Source of the DNA: Octopus vulgaris
Lineage: Eukaryota
Direction of reading: 5' to 3'
Length of the DNA stretch: 64,000 nucleotides
Assembly (NCBI GenBank): GCA_951406725.2
Contig: OX597820.1
Span: 87,792,001-87,856,000 of the forward strand
Numbering within the stretch: the stretch's first letter is position 1; every line of letters begins with the position of its first letter. This document shows, piece by piece, positions 22,230 to 34,700 of this stretch. The notes under the pieces were generated by a model. The model had not been told where the DNA came from. It ran no database searches and was given only the letters and a program-made list of their open reading frames with translations. The translations under genes and the position numbers were made by a program.

Positions 22230-23040
22230 TATACTTTTTACAGATGCAATCAATTTTTTTCAACTAAGTCTAAAGACAATTTTCACAGAAAATGAGTATA
22301 ACAAACTAAATAAACATTCATCATGACGTGCTGTTTTGGGGCGTGGTGACATTGAATGCTTCCAGTTACTTGATTGCCGCTTCATTTCGTCACCAGTGAT
22401 GACCTTTGAATAAAGATCCGGATCAACTTCCAGATGTTCTTTCAGTTCACGACACACATTCAGTCATGACTGATTTTAAACTTCCTTGAGCAAGTTAGGC
22501 ACAAATTTTGCTGCAACTCTTTTCATTCACAATTCTTTGCTCAAAATTCATTGGCAGAAGCTCCAGGACATGAGTCATATCAATAAGTTTGTCAATTGTT
22601 TGGTGACAGTCAGTCCTCCAAGGTCAGTTCATGAATTTTCGTGATGTTGATGGTCACTCTGAACAAGGCTGGTCTTCAAGCAACAAGTGACTAGTCTTAA
22701 AGCATGAAAACCATGTGTAAACTTGTGTTTTGCTCAGGGCAGTGTCCTTGTAAGCAGTTTGAAGTATGACAACTGTTTTGGCCACTGTTTTCTCCAGCAC
22801 AAAAAAGAATTTCACAGAAGCATGCTGTTCCTTTGTTTCGGCCATCACAAAAATTGATGAACAGGGGAGAAGCACTGCAAAACAAAAATGCACCATGTGA
22901 CAGTACAATTTCGCATGATGCCACCAGTCAGCAGATTGATGCCTGAGGGTTGCATCAAGTGGTTTCTAGCAGCAGAAGCCTGAACCACAACAGGCTTGTC
23001 CCACAGAAAGCGTTTCCAGTTACTTTTGGGTAATCCTTTG
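22230..23040 (-). mobile_element. Decayed Tc1/mariner element (internally deleted)
   Basis: EQHASVKFFF..KTV..LQTAYKD..LSKTQVYTWF (HTH region) and SKVITGDE (first catalytic Asp motif). Confidence 0.8.
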
Positions 23041-23616
23041 TATGTAGTGACAATTGTTTCAAAATTGATTTGTCAGTTGTGGGACTCGACAGCCACTACA
23101 TTAACCTGATGATTGCATAACGCATGAAAGAACGAGTTTATTTCAATATTGTAAAATTGTAAAAGTTGCAAATAACAAAATGTGAAAATCAGTCTAAGTT
23201 GGATTTTCATAGGCTGATATATTCTTCTATACACAATCATACAAACTCAGATAATATATATATATATATAAATACAAAATGGGATAAGAACGCAAAACAT
23301 CCAGACAGTTAGGTGATACAAAAAAGGGACAACAAAACATCCAGACAGATGATACAAAGAAAACAAGGACGAGTCATTCGGAATTTTCTTTCCTCAGTCG
23401 AGTTCCGGATTATCTTAGCAATTTCGGCTGGTTATACTTGAGATTGTACCAATCTGGCCAGCCCCAAGGAAAAACTAAGCTAAGAACACTAGATTCCTCG
23501 GAAGAAAGCAGCAAATGTATACAAAAACAAGGACAGAAAAAAATGGAGAAATGGTACACAAATACAAATAACAGGACATTAACAATGGGTGTCTTTCAAC
23601 TAAGGACGAATTAAAG

Positions 23617-23648
<32 letters not shown>

Positions 23649-23956
23649 CACACATACAAGATGTAGAAATCCTTGTCCCTTATCAGTTACCTTTCAAAAA
23701 TCCTTTCAATTTCTATCATTATTGTTAATATTGTTCATTTTGAGAACTATAAACTGGTTAAATACATTAATTACTGAGAACTACGAATTACAATTACATA
23801 CACCAGTTATTGAGGACTGCAAACTATATATAGATAAATACAAACATTGAGAACTATATGCTATAGACAGATATGTGATTAGAAACGGTGAACTATAGAT
23901 ACATATCTGTCCACCACCCATATCTTGCTATTCCCTCTTCTGAATCATGATGTCTG

Positions 23957-24248
23957 GTGGAGGCGCAATGGCCCAGTGGTTAGGGCAGCGGACTCACGGT
24001 CATAGGATCGTGGTTTCGATCCCCAGACCGGGCGTAGTGAGTGTTTATTGAGCGAAAACACCTAAAGCTCCACGAGGCTCCGGCAGAGGGTGGTGGCGAT
24101 CCCTGCTGTACTCTTTCACCACAACTTTCTTCTGTTGGCCTGCTCGCTTAGCCAGCGGGGTGGCGTCATTTGAAGGCTAAAAAAACAATGAGAAGCGCAT
24201 TGTGACCAGCGATGTGTAGCAACATCTGATAGCCTGGTCGGTCACGGG
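23957..24248 (+). mobile_element. tRNA-derived SINE family 1, tail type B (also 46881-47174; tail only at 2469-2586)
   Basis: Same tRNA head; 15-bp TSD GAATCATGATGTCTG. Confidence 0.9.
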
Positions 24249-25164
24249 GAATCATGATGTCTGAGTGCAGAAGGACTGCTTCATACATGTCAGTATCTGA
24301 TTGTTAACCTGTTTACTATCACTATTACTCCCTCTCTTTCATCCACATCACTCATTCTCTTTCCATGGCCATCTCAACTATCCATCACCAATAATCTTCC
24401 ATACTAACTCCCACTTCCATATCTTTAACCACCACTATTTTACCATGGATCACTCTTAACTGACATCCTCATATTCACTCATCATTCCTACCTCTACCAG
24501 TAGCTCTCTCTCTCTCTTCTATCTGCTACTACTCTCTTACTCTCTCTCTTCACTACACATTACACCTCTAGCACTATCCTATTTCTCCTTGCAATTCTGC
24601 TAATAACCTCCTTCTCATCCACGTCCCTCTTTTGCAAATGCTCTCTCTTCTGAATGAATGGAGACAACATAGAGCAATGAAGTCCTGTGACACAGCAAAC
24701 TCACAAGTACTGGTGTTATGATAAAGTTCATCTAGTACACTTGGTCAACTGGTGGACACAAGGAAACATAAGGTTGAGAGTACTCCTAGTTTTGCTTCAG
24801 TAAGGATATAAGAACTTCTTTAGTGTTGGTGATGCACCAAATATACTTGGTAAAGTGGTTACCAGATGTGTGGAGACATTATAGGGAGAAGGGGTCCTTT
24901 TACTCATGGCGAGCGTATGACAACCTCTCTGGTGTTGGTGTCAAGAGAAAAAAAACTACACCCAGTACTTGGTACAGTGGTTGCTGTTTGAAAGGACAGC
25001 CAACTATAGAAATCATGTCAAATGGAAATGGATAAGGGAGGCAAAGTTCCATGGGCAAGCTTAGGGGAGTAATAATAGCACTAAAGTGGAACTGACTAGA
25101 AGTGGGATGATCATCCAACCCATGCCAGCATGGAAAGTGGACATATAAGGATGATAACAACAAT

Positions 25165-26475
25165 GATCATCATCATCATCGTTTAACGTCCACTTTCCAT
25201 GCCAGCATGGGTGGACGGTTCAACTGGGGTCTGGGGAGCCCGAAGGCTGCACCAGGCCAGTCAGATCTGGCAGTGTTTCTACAGCTGGATGCCCTTCCTA
25301 ACGCCAACCACTCTGAGAGTGTAGTGGGTGGTTTTATGTGCCACCGACACAGGTGCCAGACGAGGCTGGCAAACGGCCACGCTCGGATGGCGTTTTTTAT
25401 GTGCCACCGACACAGGTGCCAGACGAGGCTGGCAGACGGCCACACTCAGATGGTGTTTTTGTGTGCCACCGACACAGGTGCCAGACGAGGCTGGCGAACA
25501 GCCACGATCGGATGGTGTTTGTTACGTGCCCACAGCACGGAGGCCAGTCGATGCGGTACTGGCTACGGCCATGTTCGGATGGTTTTCTTATGTGCCACCG
25601 GCACTGGTACCACAAAGATACAAATTCCATTGATTTTCATCTATTTTGATTTGGTTTTGGTTTTCACTTGCCTCAACAGGTCTTCACAAGTGTCACAAGA
25701 AGGAAGGTATGCACAGGTGGACTGACTACATCCCAGGTAGGGGCCACGGGTTATGGCCTTACTAGTCTTGCCGGGTCTTCTCACACACAGCATACTTTCA
25801 TAGGTCTCGGTCTCTAGTCATTTCCTTGGTGAGACCTAATGTTCGAAGGTCGTGCCTCACCACCTCGACCCAGGTTTTCCTGGGTCTACCTCTTCCACAG
25901 GTTCCCTCAACTGCTAGGGTGTAGCACTTTTGCACACAACTATCTCCAGCCATTCTCATCACATGACTATACCAGCGCAGCCGTATCTCTTGCACACCAC
26001 AACTGATGCTTCTTAGGTTCAACTTTTCTCTCAAGGTACTTACACTCTGTCGATTATGAAAACTGACATTACACATCCATCGGAGCATACTGGCTTCATT
26101 TCTTGTGAGCTTACGCATATCCTCAGCAGTCACGGCCCATGTTTCACTACCATGTAGCATGGCTGTACGTACACATGCATCATATAGTCTGCCTTTTACT
26201 CTGAGCGAGAGGCCGTTTGTCACCAGCAGGGGTAAGAGCTCTCTAAACTTTGCCCAGGCTATTCTTACTCTAGCAGTTACACTTTCAGCACACCCACCCC
26301 CGCCACTGACTTGGTCACCTAGGTAGTGGAAGCTATCAACTACTTCTAGTTTTTCTCCCTGGAACATGGTAGACGTTGGTCTCTGCACATTTTCAGTGTT
26401 TATTGCTCCTGAGCATCTGCCACAGACAAAAACTATTTTCCTAGTTAGCCTTCCTTTGACATTGCTACACCTCTT
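25165..26475 (-). mobile_element. 5'-truncated RTE-clade LINE (RT C-terminus, 3' UTR with tandem repeats, (GAT)n tail)
   Basis: ORF ...LEVVDSFHYLGD...RIAWAKFREL...KGRLYDACVRTAMLHGSETW...RLRWYSHVMR...GRGRPRKTW; 3' end GGACGTTAAACGATGATGATG. Confidence 0.92.
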
Positions 26476-26879
26476 ATGATGATGAAATACATAAATGATT
26501 ACTCTTTTACTCGTTTCAGTCATTTGACTGTGGCCATGCTGGAGCACTGCTTTTAGTTGAGCAAATCGATCCCAGGACTTATTCTTTGTAAGCCTACTAC
26601 TTATTCTATCGGTGTCTTTTGCTGAACTGCTAAGTTATGGGGGACGTAAACACACCAGCATCGGTTGTCAAGCGATGTTGGGGAGGGGGGGACAAACACA
26701 GACACACATATATACACAACGGGCTTCTTTCAGTTTCCGTCTACCAAATCCACTTACAAGGCTTTGGCCGGCCCGAGGCTAAAGTACAATAGGCACTTGC
26801 CTGAGGTGCCACACAGTGGGACTGAACCCGGAACCATGTGGTTGGTAAGCAAGCTACTTACCACACAGCCACTTTTGTG

Positions 26880-27358
26880 CACTATAAATTATAGATACAT
26901 AAATGATAAAGAACTGTAAACTACAGATAAGTGACTGGGACTACAAACTACAGGTAGATACATAGATGAGAACTATATAATTATAGATATATGAATAATT
27001 GAGAAGTATAAACATCAGATACACAAAATATTGTGACAGTAAACTATAGAGAGATGATTGGGGACTATAAGCTATACATAGATAAATATTGGAGAAACAC
27101 AAACAGCAGATCAATAGACAATTCTAAACTTTAAACTATAATTAGATAAATAGTTGGAGATTATAAATTATAGATACATAAATGAACGGGAACTATGGAA
27201 CTGTAAGCTCCATTTAGATATTGGGACTGTAAACTATAGATAGAAGTAGATTAATTGGGGATTATAGGCTACAGATAAATAAATGATCAAGAACTATAAA
27301 GTTTAGACTGGGAATTATAAACTATAGAAACATAAACGGTTGAGAACAATAAACTGAA
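26880..27358 (+). repeat. Degenerate minisatellite with about 29-30-bp units (related array at about 23740-23905)
   Basis: Recurrent unit resembling GAGAACTATAAACTATAGATACATAAATAATT. Confidence 0.7.
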
Positions 27359-28514
27359 GATCATCATCATCATCATCATCATCATTTAACGTCCATTTTC
27401 CGTGCTAGCACGGGTTGGACGGTTCGACTAGGGTCTAGGAAGCCAGGAGGCTGCACCAGGCTCCAATCTGATCTGGCAGTGTTTCTACAGCTGGATGCCC
27501 TTCTTAACGCCAACCACTCCGTGAGTGTAGTGGGTGCTTTTTACGTGCCACCATCACAGGTGCCAGGGGAGGCTGGCAAACGGCCACGATTGGTTGGTGC
27601 TTTTTACATGCCACCGGCACAGAAGCCAGTCATGGCGGCGCTGGCATCGGCCATGTTCAGATGATGCTCTTTACGTGCTACCGGCACAGGTATCACAACT
27701 ACAATTTCCATTTGATATTTATTTTGATGTTGATGTACTTGACTCAATAGGTCTCCTCAACCACAGCAGGTCTTGGAGAGAAATGAATGAGAAGCATAAA
27801 TATCATTTGTTCATTTTATGTCCATATTTCCATGCCAGCATGGGTAGGATGAAAACAAAATTTAGGCATGATTTTACAGTCAGTTGCCCTCTCAGGAATT
27901 CTTATGTGTTTTTAAGTTAGACAGTTTTTTAATTTTTTAACCCTTTAGTGTTCAGATTATTCTGTCAAATGTGATGCTTGTTTATTTAAAATGGTTTGAA
28001 TTAATCCTGCATTATCTTGTAGTTTAGAGATTTCAGTGATGTGATTATTTTAGTTTTAGAATGACATGGTAGGGCTGAGGTGAGAGGCAAGAGCTGGTCA
28101 GTTTCAATATAAAACAGGTTAAATATTTTGGCCAGATATGGCCGGTTTGAATGCTAAAGGGTTAATTAAAAGTGTAGAACTACCAGAGGATTTGTTGATG
28201 ACACTGTCCATACTTAAGAGCAGAATGTAAACATATATTCAGACATGAAAAACATGAAGAAACACACAAGTGTGACAGGCTTTGTACAATTTCTGTCAAC
28301 CAAATACCCTCATAAGGAATTAATTGGTTGGCCTAAGGGCTACAGAAGACACTTGTCAATAGTGCTGCACTTTGGTATTGAACCCAAACCTACATTATTA
28401 CAAAGTGGACATTTTAACTATACAGCCATGCCTGTACCTATTTATAAGCACATTAAATGATTTAGAACTAGAAACAAAGATAAATAAGTGAGTAACAATC
28501 AAAAGTGATGGTAT

Positions 28515-28520
28515 TTTATT
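28515..28520 (-). terminator. Candidate USP39 polyadenylation signal
   Basis: AATAAA on the minus strand about 130 nt after the stop codon. Confidence 0.5.
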
Positions 28521-28647
28521 GAATTATTTTCATTAGTGATGTATACAAAATATGTTTTCTGTCAAGATGAATATTTTGCAAAAGAAATATACTGAGATGA
28601 ATGTCAATGATGATGAATGGTATTAAGATACTGTTACTGAGTAGCAG

Positions 28648-28716
28648 CTAGCTTGTCTCCATGTCAGGATCTTTTTTATACAAAGGATTAGGGATATCTC
28701 TTCGAATTTCATAAAT
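28648..28716 (-). CDS. USP39: USP39 terminal coding exon
   Basis: Poly-T plus ccag acceptor, IYEIRRDIPNPLYKKDPDMETS-TAG. Confidence 0.85.
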   Translation of the reverse strand: MYEIRRDIPNPLYKKDPDMETS

Positions 28717-31700
28717 CTGGAAAAAAAAAAAATACACATGAAAGAGAAATACAATAATTAATAAAATATTTTAATTAGGCACGGTTTCAGGTTTGGTTTC
28801 ACAATACAAGTAATCTTGGATAAGTTTTCTGTAGCACCAGGTTGACCAATGCCTTGTGCGTGAATTTGGTAGAGGGAAACTGTAGAAAGCTTCTTGCATG
28901 TGGGTGTGTTTAATAAATGGAAGACATAATTCTACCAAAAAGCACAAAAGATCTCTAAATTTACCATAATTTATTTATATATTAGAAGGTAGTGACATTA
29001 CTGAGTATTAGGGCAGCCAACTTGGTAGAGTTCATTCCTCTCTATGTAGTGTATCCAAGGTAATTTTGATAGGTAGAGTCCATTCAATGCTATCATATAA
29101 GTGTACACTACAAATCAAATTAACTTGGTACAGCCAACTGCTCAACAATCTACAGCTACCCATATTATGCTACTGCTTATAGCATTGAGTTACAAATGTA
29201 GTACATATTGATGAACTAGAATATCTGGTAGTTAGATATTTTGGTCATAGACAGATAATGAACAATTTATTTAATATTATGGATGGGTTCCAACCTGGGC
29301 CATTATGTTCAAATGACCACAAATTAATATGAACAAATGACTTCTTAATTTATTCTCCAGTACCCTTTCAACTCAATCCATCCTTACTTTTATTAATAAA
29401 ATAATTACTTTTATTGTGAAATATTTAGAAATATATAGATTTAGCTACCTCCTAGTTTTTCATAATATTTTTTCAAATTAGGCATGTTTCCTCAACTTTG
29501 CAGCAAGATGTATGAATTTAATTGTATAACTGGATTAATTAGTATATAAATTTGATAGAATAAGAATTGTGAAAGAAAAGATAGCAGTGAATTTATATGA
29601 GGGTAAGTCATGAGTTGGTATCAATGTCAAAAGAATAATGGAAATTAATTAAATTTTTTGGTATTAATCATTGCACAATGATTAACATAGTCCAGTAGTG
29701 TATTCACACAGACATGAACACAATGAACTTGGCAGTGGTTGGATTAAGGCTATAGTAGCAAACATTTGCCCAAGGTGCTCTGTAGTATGAGTGAACCAAA
29801 AGCTGTGTGGTTGTGAAGTGGATTTCTTAACCATGTGGCCACGCCTGCACTTGAATTATTATTGATAAAGTACCTTGGAAATGAGCATCTGTATGATGGA
29901 AAGAAGCAAAGTAGGAAGGAAGACAAGCTTACCTGAATATAACTTTCAGAGAGAGTAATCATCTGAGGTAGAATATCAGCAACATGTAAATCTTGAAGCT
30001 CAAACCATTTCCCAGTTCCCTGAAGGAAATTAAATAAGAGTCATTATTTAAATCCACAAAGTCGAAGGGTTTTAAACAGACATGAAGATTTGCAAGGTAT
30101 GACAGAGTATATTGAAGTATGTTCAATAGTATGTTGAAGGTTGACTTCTGGACCCTGAACCTAACAGAGATGACAAAAAGACTGGGATAATTAGTGATAT
30201 GCAGTTCTTGAGAGGACCTGCCCAACTTGGCAAAACTAAGTTCTGGAAGTGTTTTTTTAGTGTGTGTGGGTATGCATTTATATATATATATATATATAAC
30301 TTTTCACCGCATGTCTCGAGCAGATCATCAGAGGCATCGACTTGCAAGGCGGTGCCAACATCAATGGTGAGCTCCTCACCCACCTCCATTTCGCTGACGA
30401 CACCGTAATCATCGCTGAAACCATGGATCAGCTTCAGACCATGCTGACGGAGCTCGACATCAAAAGCTCTGCAGTAGGTCTCAAGATGAACCGCATGAAA
30501 ACGAAGTTCATTCGGTCAGACAACGTACCAACAGGTCGAATGATGATCGGCAGTGATGAAATAGAGGAGGTAAAGGAATATGTCTACCTGGGACAGGAAG
30601 TGAATATGTGCCGAGATATCGAAAAGGAGATCTCATGGAGAGTAAGGGCCGGATGGAAGGCATTTAATGGCATAAGGGATGTGCTCAAGGGAAGGTTGGA
30701 CAGGACCACCTGCGCCAACCTCATCAACAGTACAGTTCTACCTGCAATGTTATATGGTAGTGAAACATGGGCTACAACAAAGAGAGAAGAGCAGAGACTG
30801 GTAACGGCTCAAAGAGCCATGGAAAGGTCAATGCTTGGTATCTCGTTGAGAGAGCACATCAGTAGTAAGATCATCAGAAAGAAGTCCGGCGTGAGGGATG
30901 TCATCGCAGAGTATACACGCAGCAAGTTTAGATGGGCTGAACATGTCGCCCGGCTCACCGATAATCGGTGGACCCGCGCGAGCGGAAACGACCACCCGGA
31001 AGGCCTCCATGACGGTGGAGTTACGATTGGGATCAGATGGATGAGAAAGGCACGATCCGGAGAGGAGTGGACAGCATGCTGTGAACAGCGGTGTGAAATG
31101 AACGCCCAACGGACTGGTCGGATATATATATATATAGGGTGAGCCGAAAGCGACACACCAACAAGCTCCAGTATTGTCAGACATGCATCAATTTTGCTAA
31201 AATTGAATAAAATAAAAAATAATGATGTATACACATGTACATGATGAATAAAATGAATGATAATAATAATAACATAACATGTAAAATGTTTGGGAGCGTG
31301 ACTTTTGGCATACCCTGCACCTTTGTGCAATTCTCTCCCCAAGAGACCCTCACCACCCTTTATCTATCTAACTGCAGTTTTTCTCCAATACCCCTAGTCT
31401 TTCTCACTTCTGAAACCGTTTCACTAGATATCCATTCCTTATCCTTAATACTGTCCTTACCACCCACATTTTATACTGAACCCCTCCTCACCTCCGGAAT
31501 CACTAAATCCTGTCACCCACTCAATGTCTCTCACTCCCCCCCATGCATTAAAACTGCCTCTCCCTTCCCCCACACTCTTGCAACCTACCCACATTTGTCA
31601 TCTCTTTCATCTTTCTCCTGTCTATGTTATCATCATTACTATTCTATTCTTCACACATTATCACAGGTAATGTTCCACCTTTTATCCCTCTCCAATCTCT

Positions 31701-34700
31701 GCAGTCGTCACCTACTCTTCCCAATATTCCCAACTTATCCATTCAACACTTGTTCCTCATTCCTTATATTCACCCCTTCCTCCACTTCTCACTCTCCCAA
31801 ACATTCTTGCAATCTCTGCTCACATTCTTGGTTTTCCTGCTCCCATTCACTACTACTTATTTTCTATCTTGAGAGTCCACACACACGCCTCATCACACCT
31901 ATTTTTATTTTTTCTTTGCTCCACCTTGATCATCCCTACCTTTTTTCTATAATGTGAGTAACCATGTGGACCCTCTAGTGCAAGAAACCTATTTCGCTGT
32001 AGCCCTTTCTCTCATATTTTAACTTCCCATCTCAAAAATTGAAGCCACCTCTCTCGATACATGTAGCCTTACACAGTGCAAGGTGATCTCACTTGAGGTG
32101 GAGGCATTAAAGAAGCAACCATTACATGCTCTGAAGTAGTTGGTGTCAGGAAGGGCATCTAGCTATAGAAACCATGTCAAATTAGACACTGGAATATGTT
32201 GCAGTTCTTGAACCCATCAGATCATTTCAAACAGTCCAACCCATGCCAACAAAGAACAAGGACATTAAATGATGATGATGACAACACTGACGAACATTAC
32301 ATGGAGAAACTGAATATGACATAAAGGAATAATCATCATCATCGTTTAACGTCCGTTTTCCATGCTAGCATGGGTTGGACGGTTCAACTGGGGTCTGGGA
32401 AGCCAGAAGGCTGCGCCAGGCCCAGTCTGATCTGGCAGTGTTTCTACAGCTGGATGCCCTTGCTAATGCCAACCACTCCAAGAGTGTAGTGGGTGCTTTT
32501 TACGTGCCAGTCGGAGCAGCGCTGGCAATGGCCACGTTCGGATGGTTGTCTTACGTGCCACCGGCACTGGTATCACAGCTACAATTTCCATTGATGTTGA
32601 AGTGTGAAAAATATTACATGGAGTGACAGAGTATAACAAATATTTTTATGAGGTCAAGCAACTTCTTAGATGCTGCTGGAAGTTGTACAGGATGATGACA
32701 GGATCAAGCACAGCAAATGCTGATGTAAACACAGCAGTATTCTCTCCACACCTACTAAAACATTTAGTCATTAAACACTTATTAAAAACCTACATGCATA
32801 ATAAATAATTTACCTTATGTAAGATGTGTACCCGATATGTTCCTTTATCAGATCCAGATTCCCCTTCATGAACAATGTTTGCAATTAGATCATATGTGGT
32901 GTAGGGATGTTTCACCCGTATTTCAGGCGTCAGCAAATCTCCAAAGTCAATATTTCTATAACAGAAATAATAATCATACAGAGGAAGTTTTTGTGAACAA
33001 AGAAAACTACTTTTTGAGTGAAGATTAACAACAAATCTGAATAACATCTGTTAGTCATAAATCATAACACTACACTGATAAAAAAAAGATTGTGTTCTGT
33101 CAGTCGTAAATCAAAATTCAGTCTTAACACTGCACTGACGAGGTATATTAATGTAGATTGTGATCTATGCTGGTCCTGAATCCTAAGACTGCATAGATAG
33201 AAGAAATTAACAGAGTTTCTGTCAGCTATAAATCTGTGTGTGATCTCTATCAGCCATAGATCATAACACTGCACTGATGGAGAAGATAAATGGAGCTTGT
33301 AATTTCAATCATTTAACAACAAAGCAAAATTTCTATCATTTATTTTTAGTTGATGAGGTTTTACAAACATCATACATCTTTATATAATTATGCCACAAAT
33401 AGTAGTTAAGCCCTAGGAACCTTAACCAATTGACTAAATTATAGATGTATTCTCATAAACCATGTCTATGTGCTGTTAGCCCGTTAAGCACAGCTCCTTA
33501 ACAAGAAACAGCCCTCCAGCAACTGATCATAAGATATGTAGCGATTGAAATGTTTCTATTATAAGGTTAAATTCTTGGATTATACATTGAGTTGCTCTGG
33601 AAAGTTCTCATAGTAACAAATCAAAAATGGGTTTACAGCTGTCATTAGCAATTTTTAGCATTGCTAATCTGGATTTATGATTTTCTCTGCTATTTCTTTT
33701 CAAAAATTATGCATGCTACACTATTAACAATATGTTCTGAATGAAGGCAAACTTGAAAAATTCTCTCTCTCAGGAAATTTAACATTCTAAGAGAAAATGT
33801 TTTAATTTTACTATAGCTGACACTAGCATCGATATTAGTAAAACAGAAGGACCAATCGATTCATAAATATTGAGTTTTAAGGACCAAAATAACACAAAAA
33901 TAGAATTTAGATAAGACAAATTCATTCTAAAATATATATTTCTCTTCAATGTTGCATATCCCTCAGGCAATGATGTTTCCAGTAGTGGAACACACCATTC
34001 TAGTGGGATAATAGAGTACGTGATGTGTGGTACACTTTTGCTTAGATTGTTGACAAACATGCCAAATGGTTAACTTATCAGGTGGCCTTTTTGATACCAA
34101 CCTGCCCAAGACCAGTCCTGTGATGTAAAGTGCTTGTTTTAAAGTGAATCAAACTAAAATCTTCCATCAAAATTTTACACTGAATTATGCTCAAAACATC
34201 AGCTTAATAAGGACAAAGTATATTTTACAAAATTGTTCATTATTTTCAAAATTAATTGAGACAAAAAGGTGATGAGCTAATTGAATTGTTACCATCATCA
34301 TCATTTAATGTCCATTGTGCATGCTGGCATGGGTTGGCTGGTTTGACCAGGGCTGATTTGGCATAGTTTCTACAGCTGGATGGTCTTCCTAACACCAACC
34401 AGTCCCAAAGTGTAATGGGTGCTTTTATGTGCTATTTGTGTGACACCAATATCTGCCATGATTGTGATTTTACTTGGCTTGATGGGTCTTCTTCTCAAGC
34501 ACGGCATAATGCCATGGTCTTGGTCATTCATCATTGCTTCGGTGAGGCTCAACACTCAAAAGGAGCTTGTCATGTGCCACTCACATCGGCTACTTTGCCT
34601 CCGTGAGGACCAAAGCTTGAAAGGTGCTAGTTATGTGACACTAGTATTGGCCACGGCTACAATTTCACTTAGCTTGACGGGTCTTCTCAAGCACTACTAC

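Noticed and set aside
23370-23405. Minus-strand CTGAGGA-aa-GAAA hammerhead-like core
   Set aside because: No stem II and no clear UH cleavage site or stem I closure; at most a heavily degenerate remnant.
25330-25610. CRISPR-like regularly spaced repeats
   Set aside because: Head-to-tail tandem units with no unique spacers, inside a eukaryotic LINE; no cas genes.
25176-25725. Overlapping ORFs with repeated CHRHRCQ / CATDTG peptides
   Set aside because: Translations of the tandem repeat in the RTE 3' UTR.
31235-31957. 240-aa ORF rich in S/L/P/H
   Set aside because: Low-complexity CT-rich repeat sequence with related copies at about 37740-38000 and 40100-40500; no protein-like motifs; antisense within a USP39 intron.
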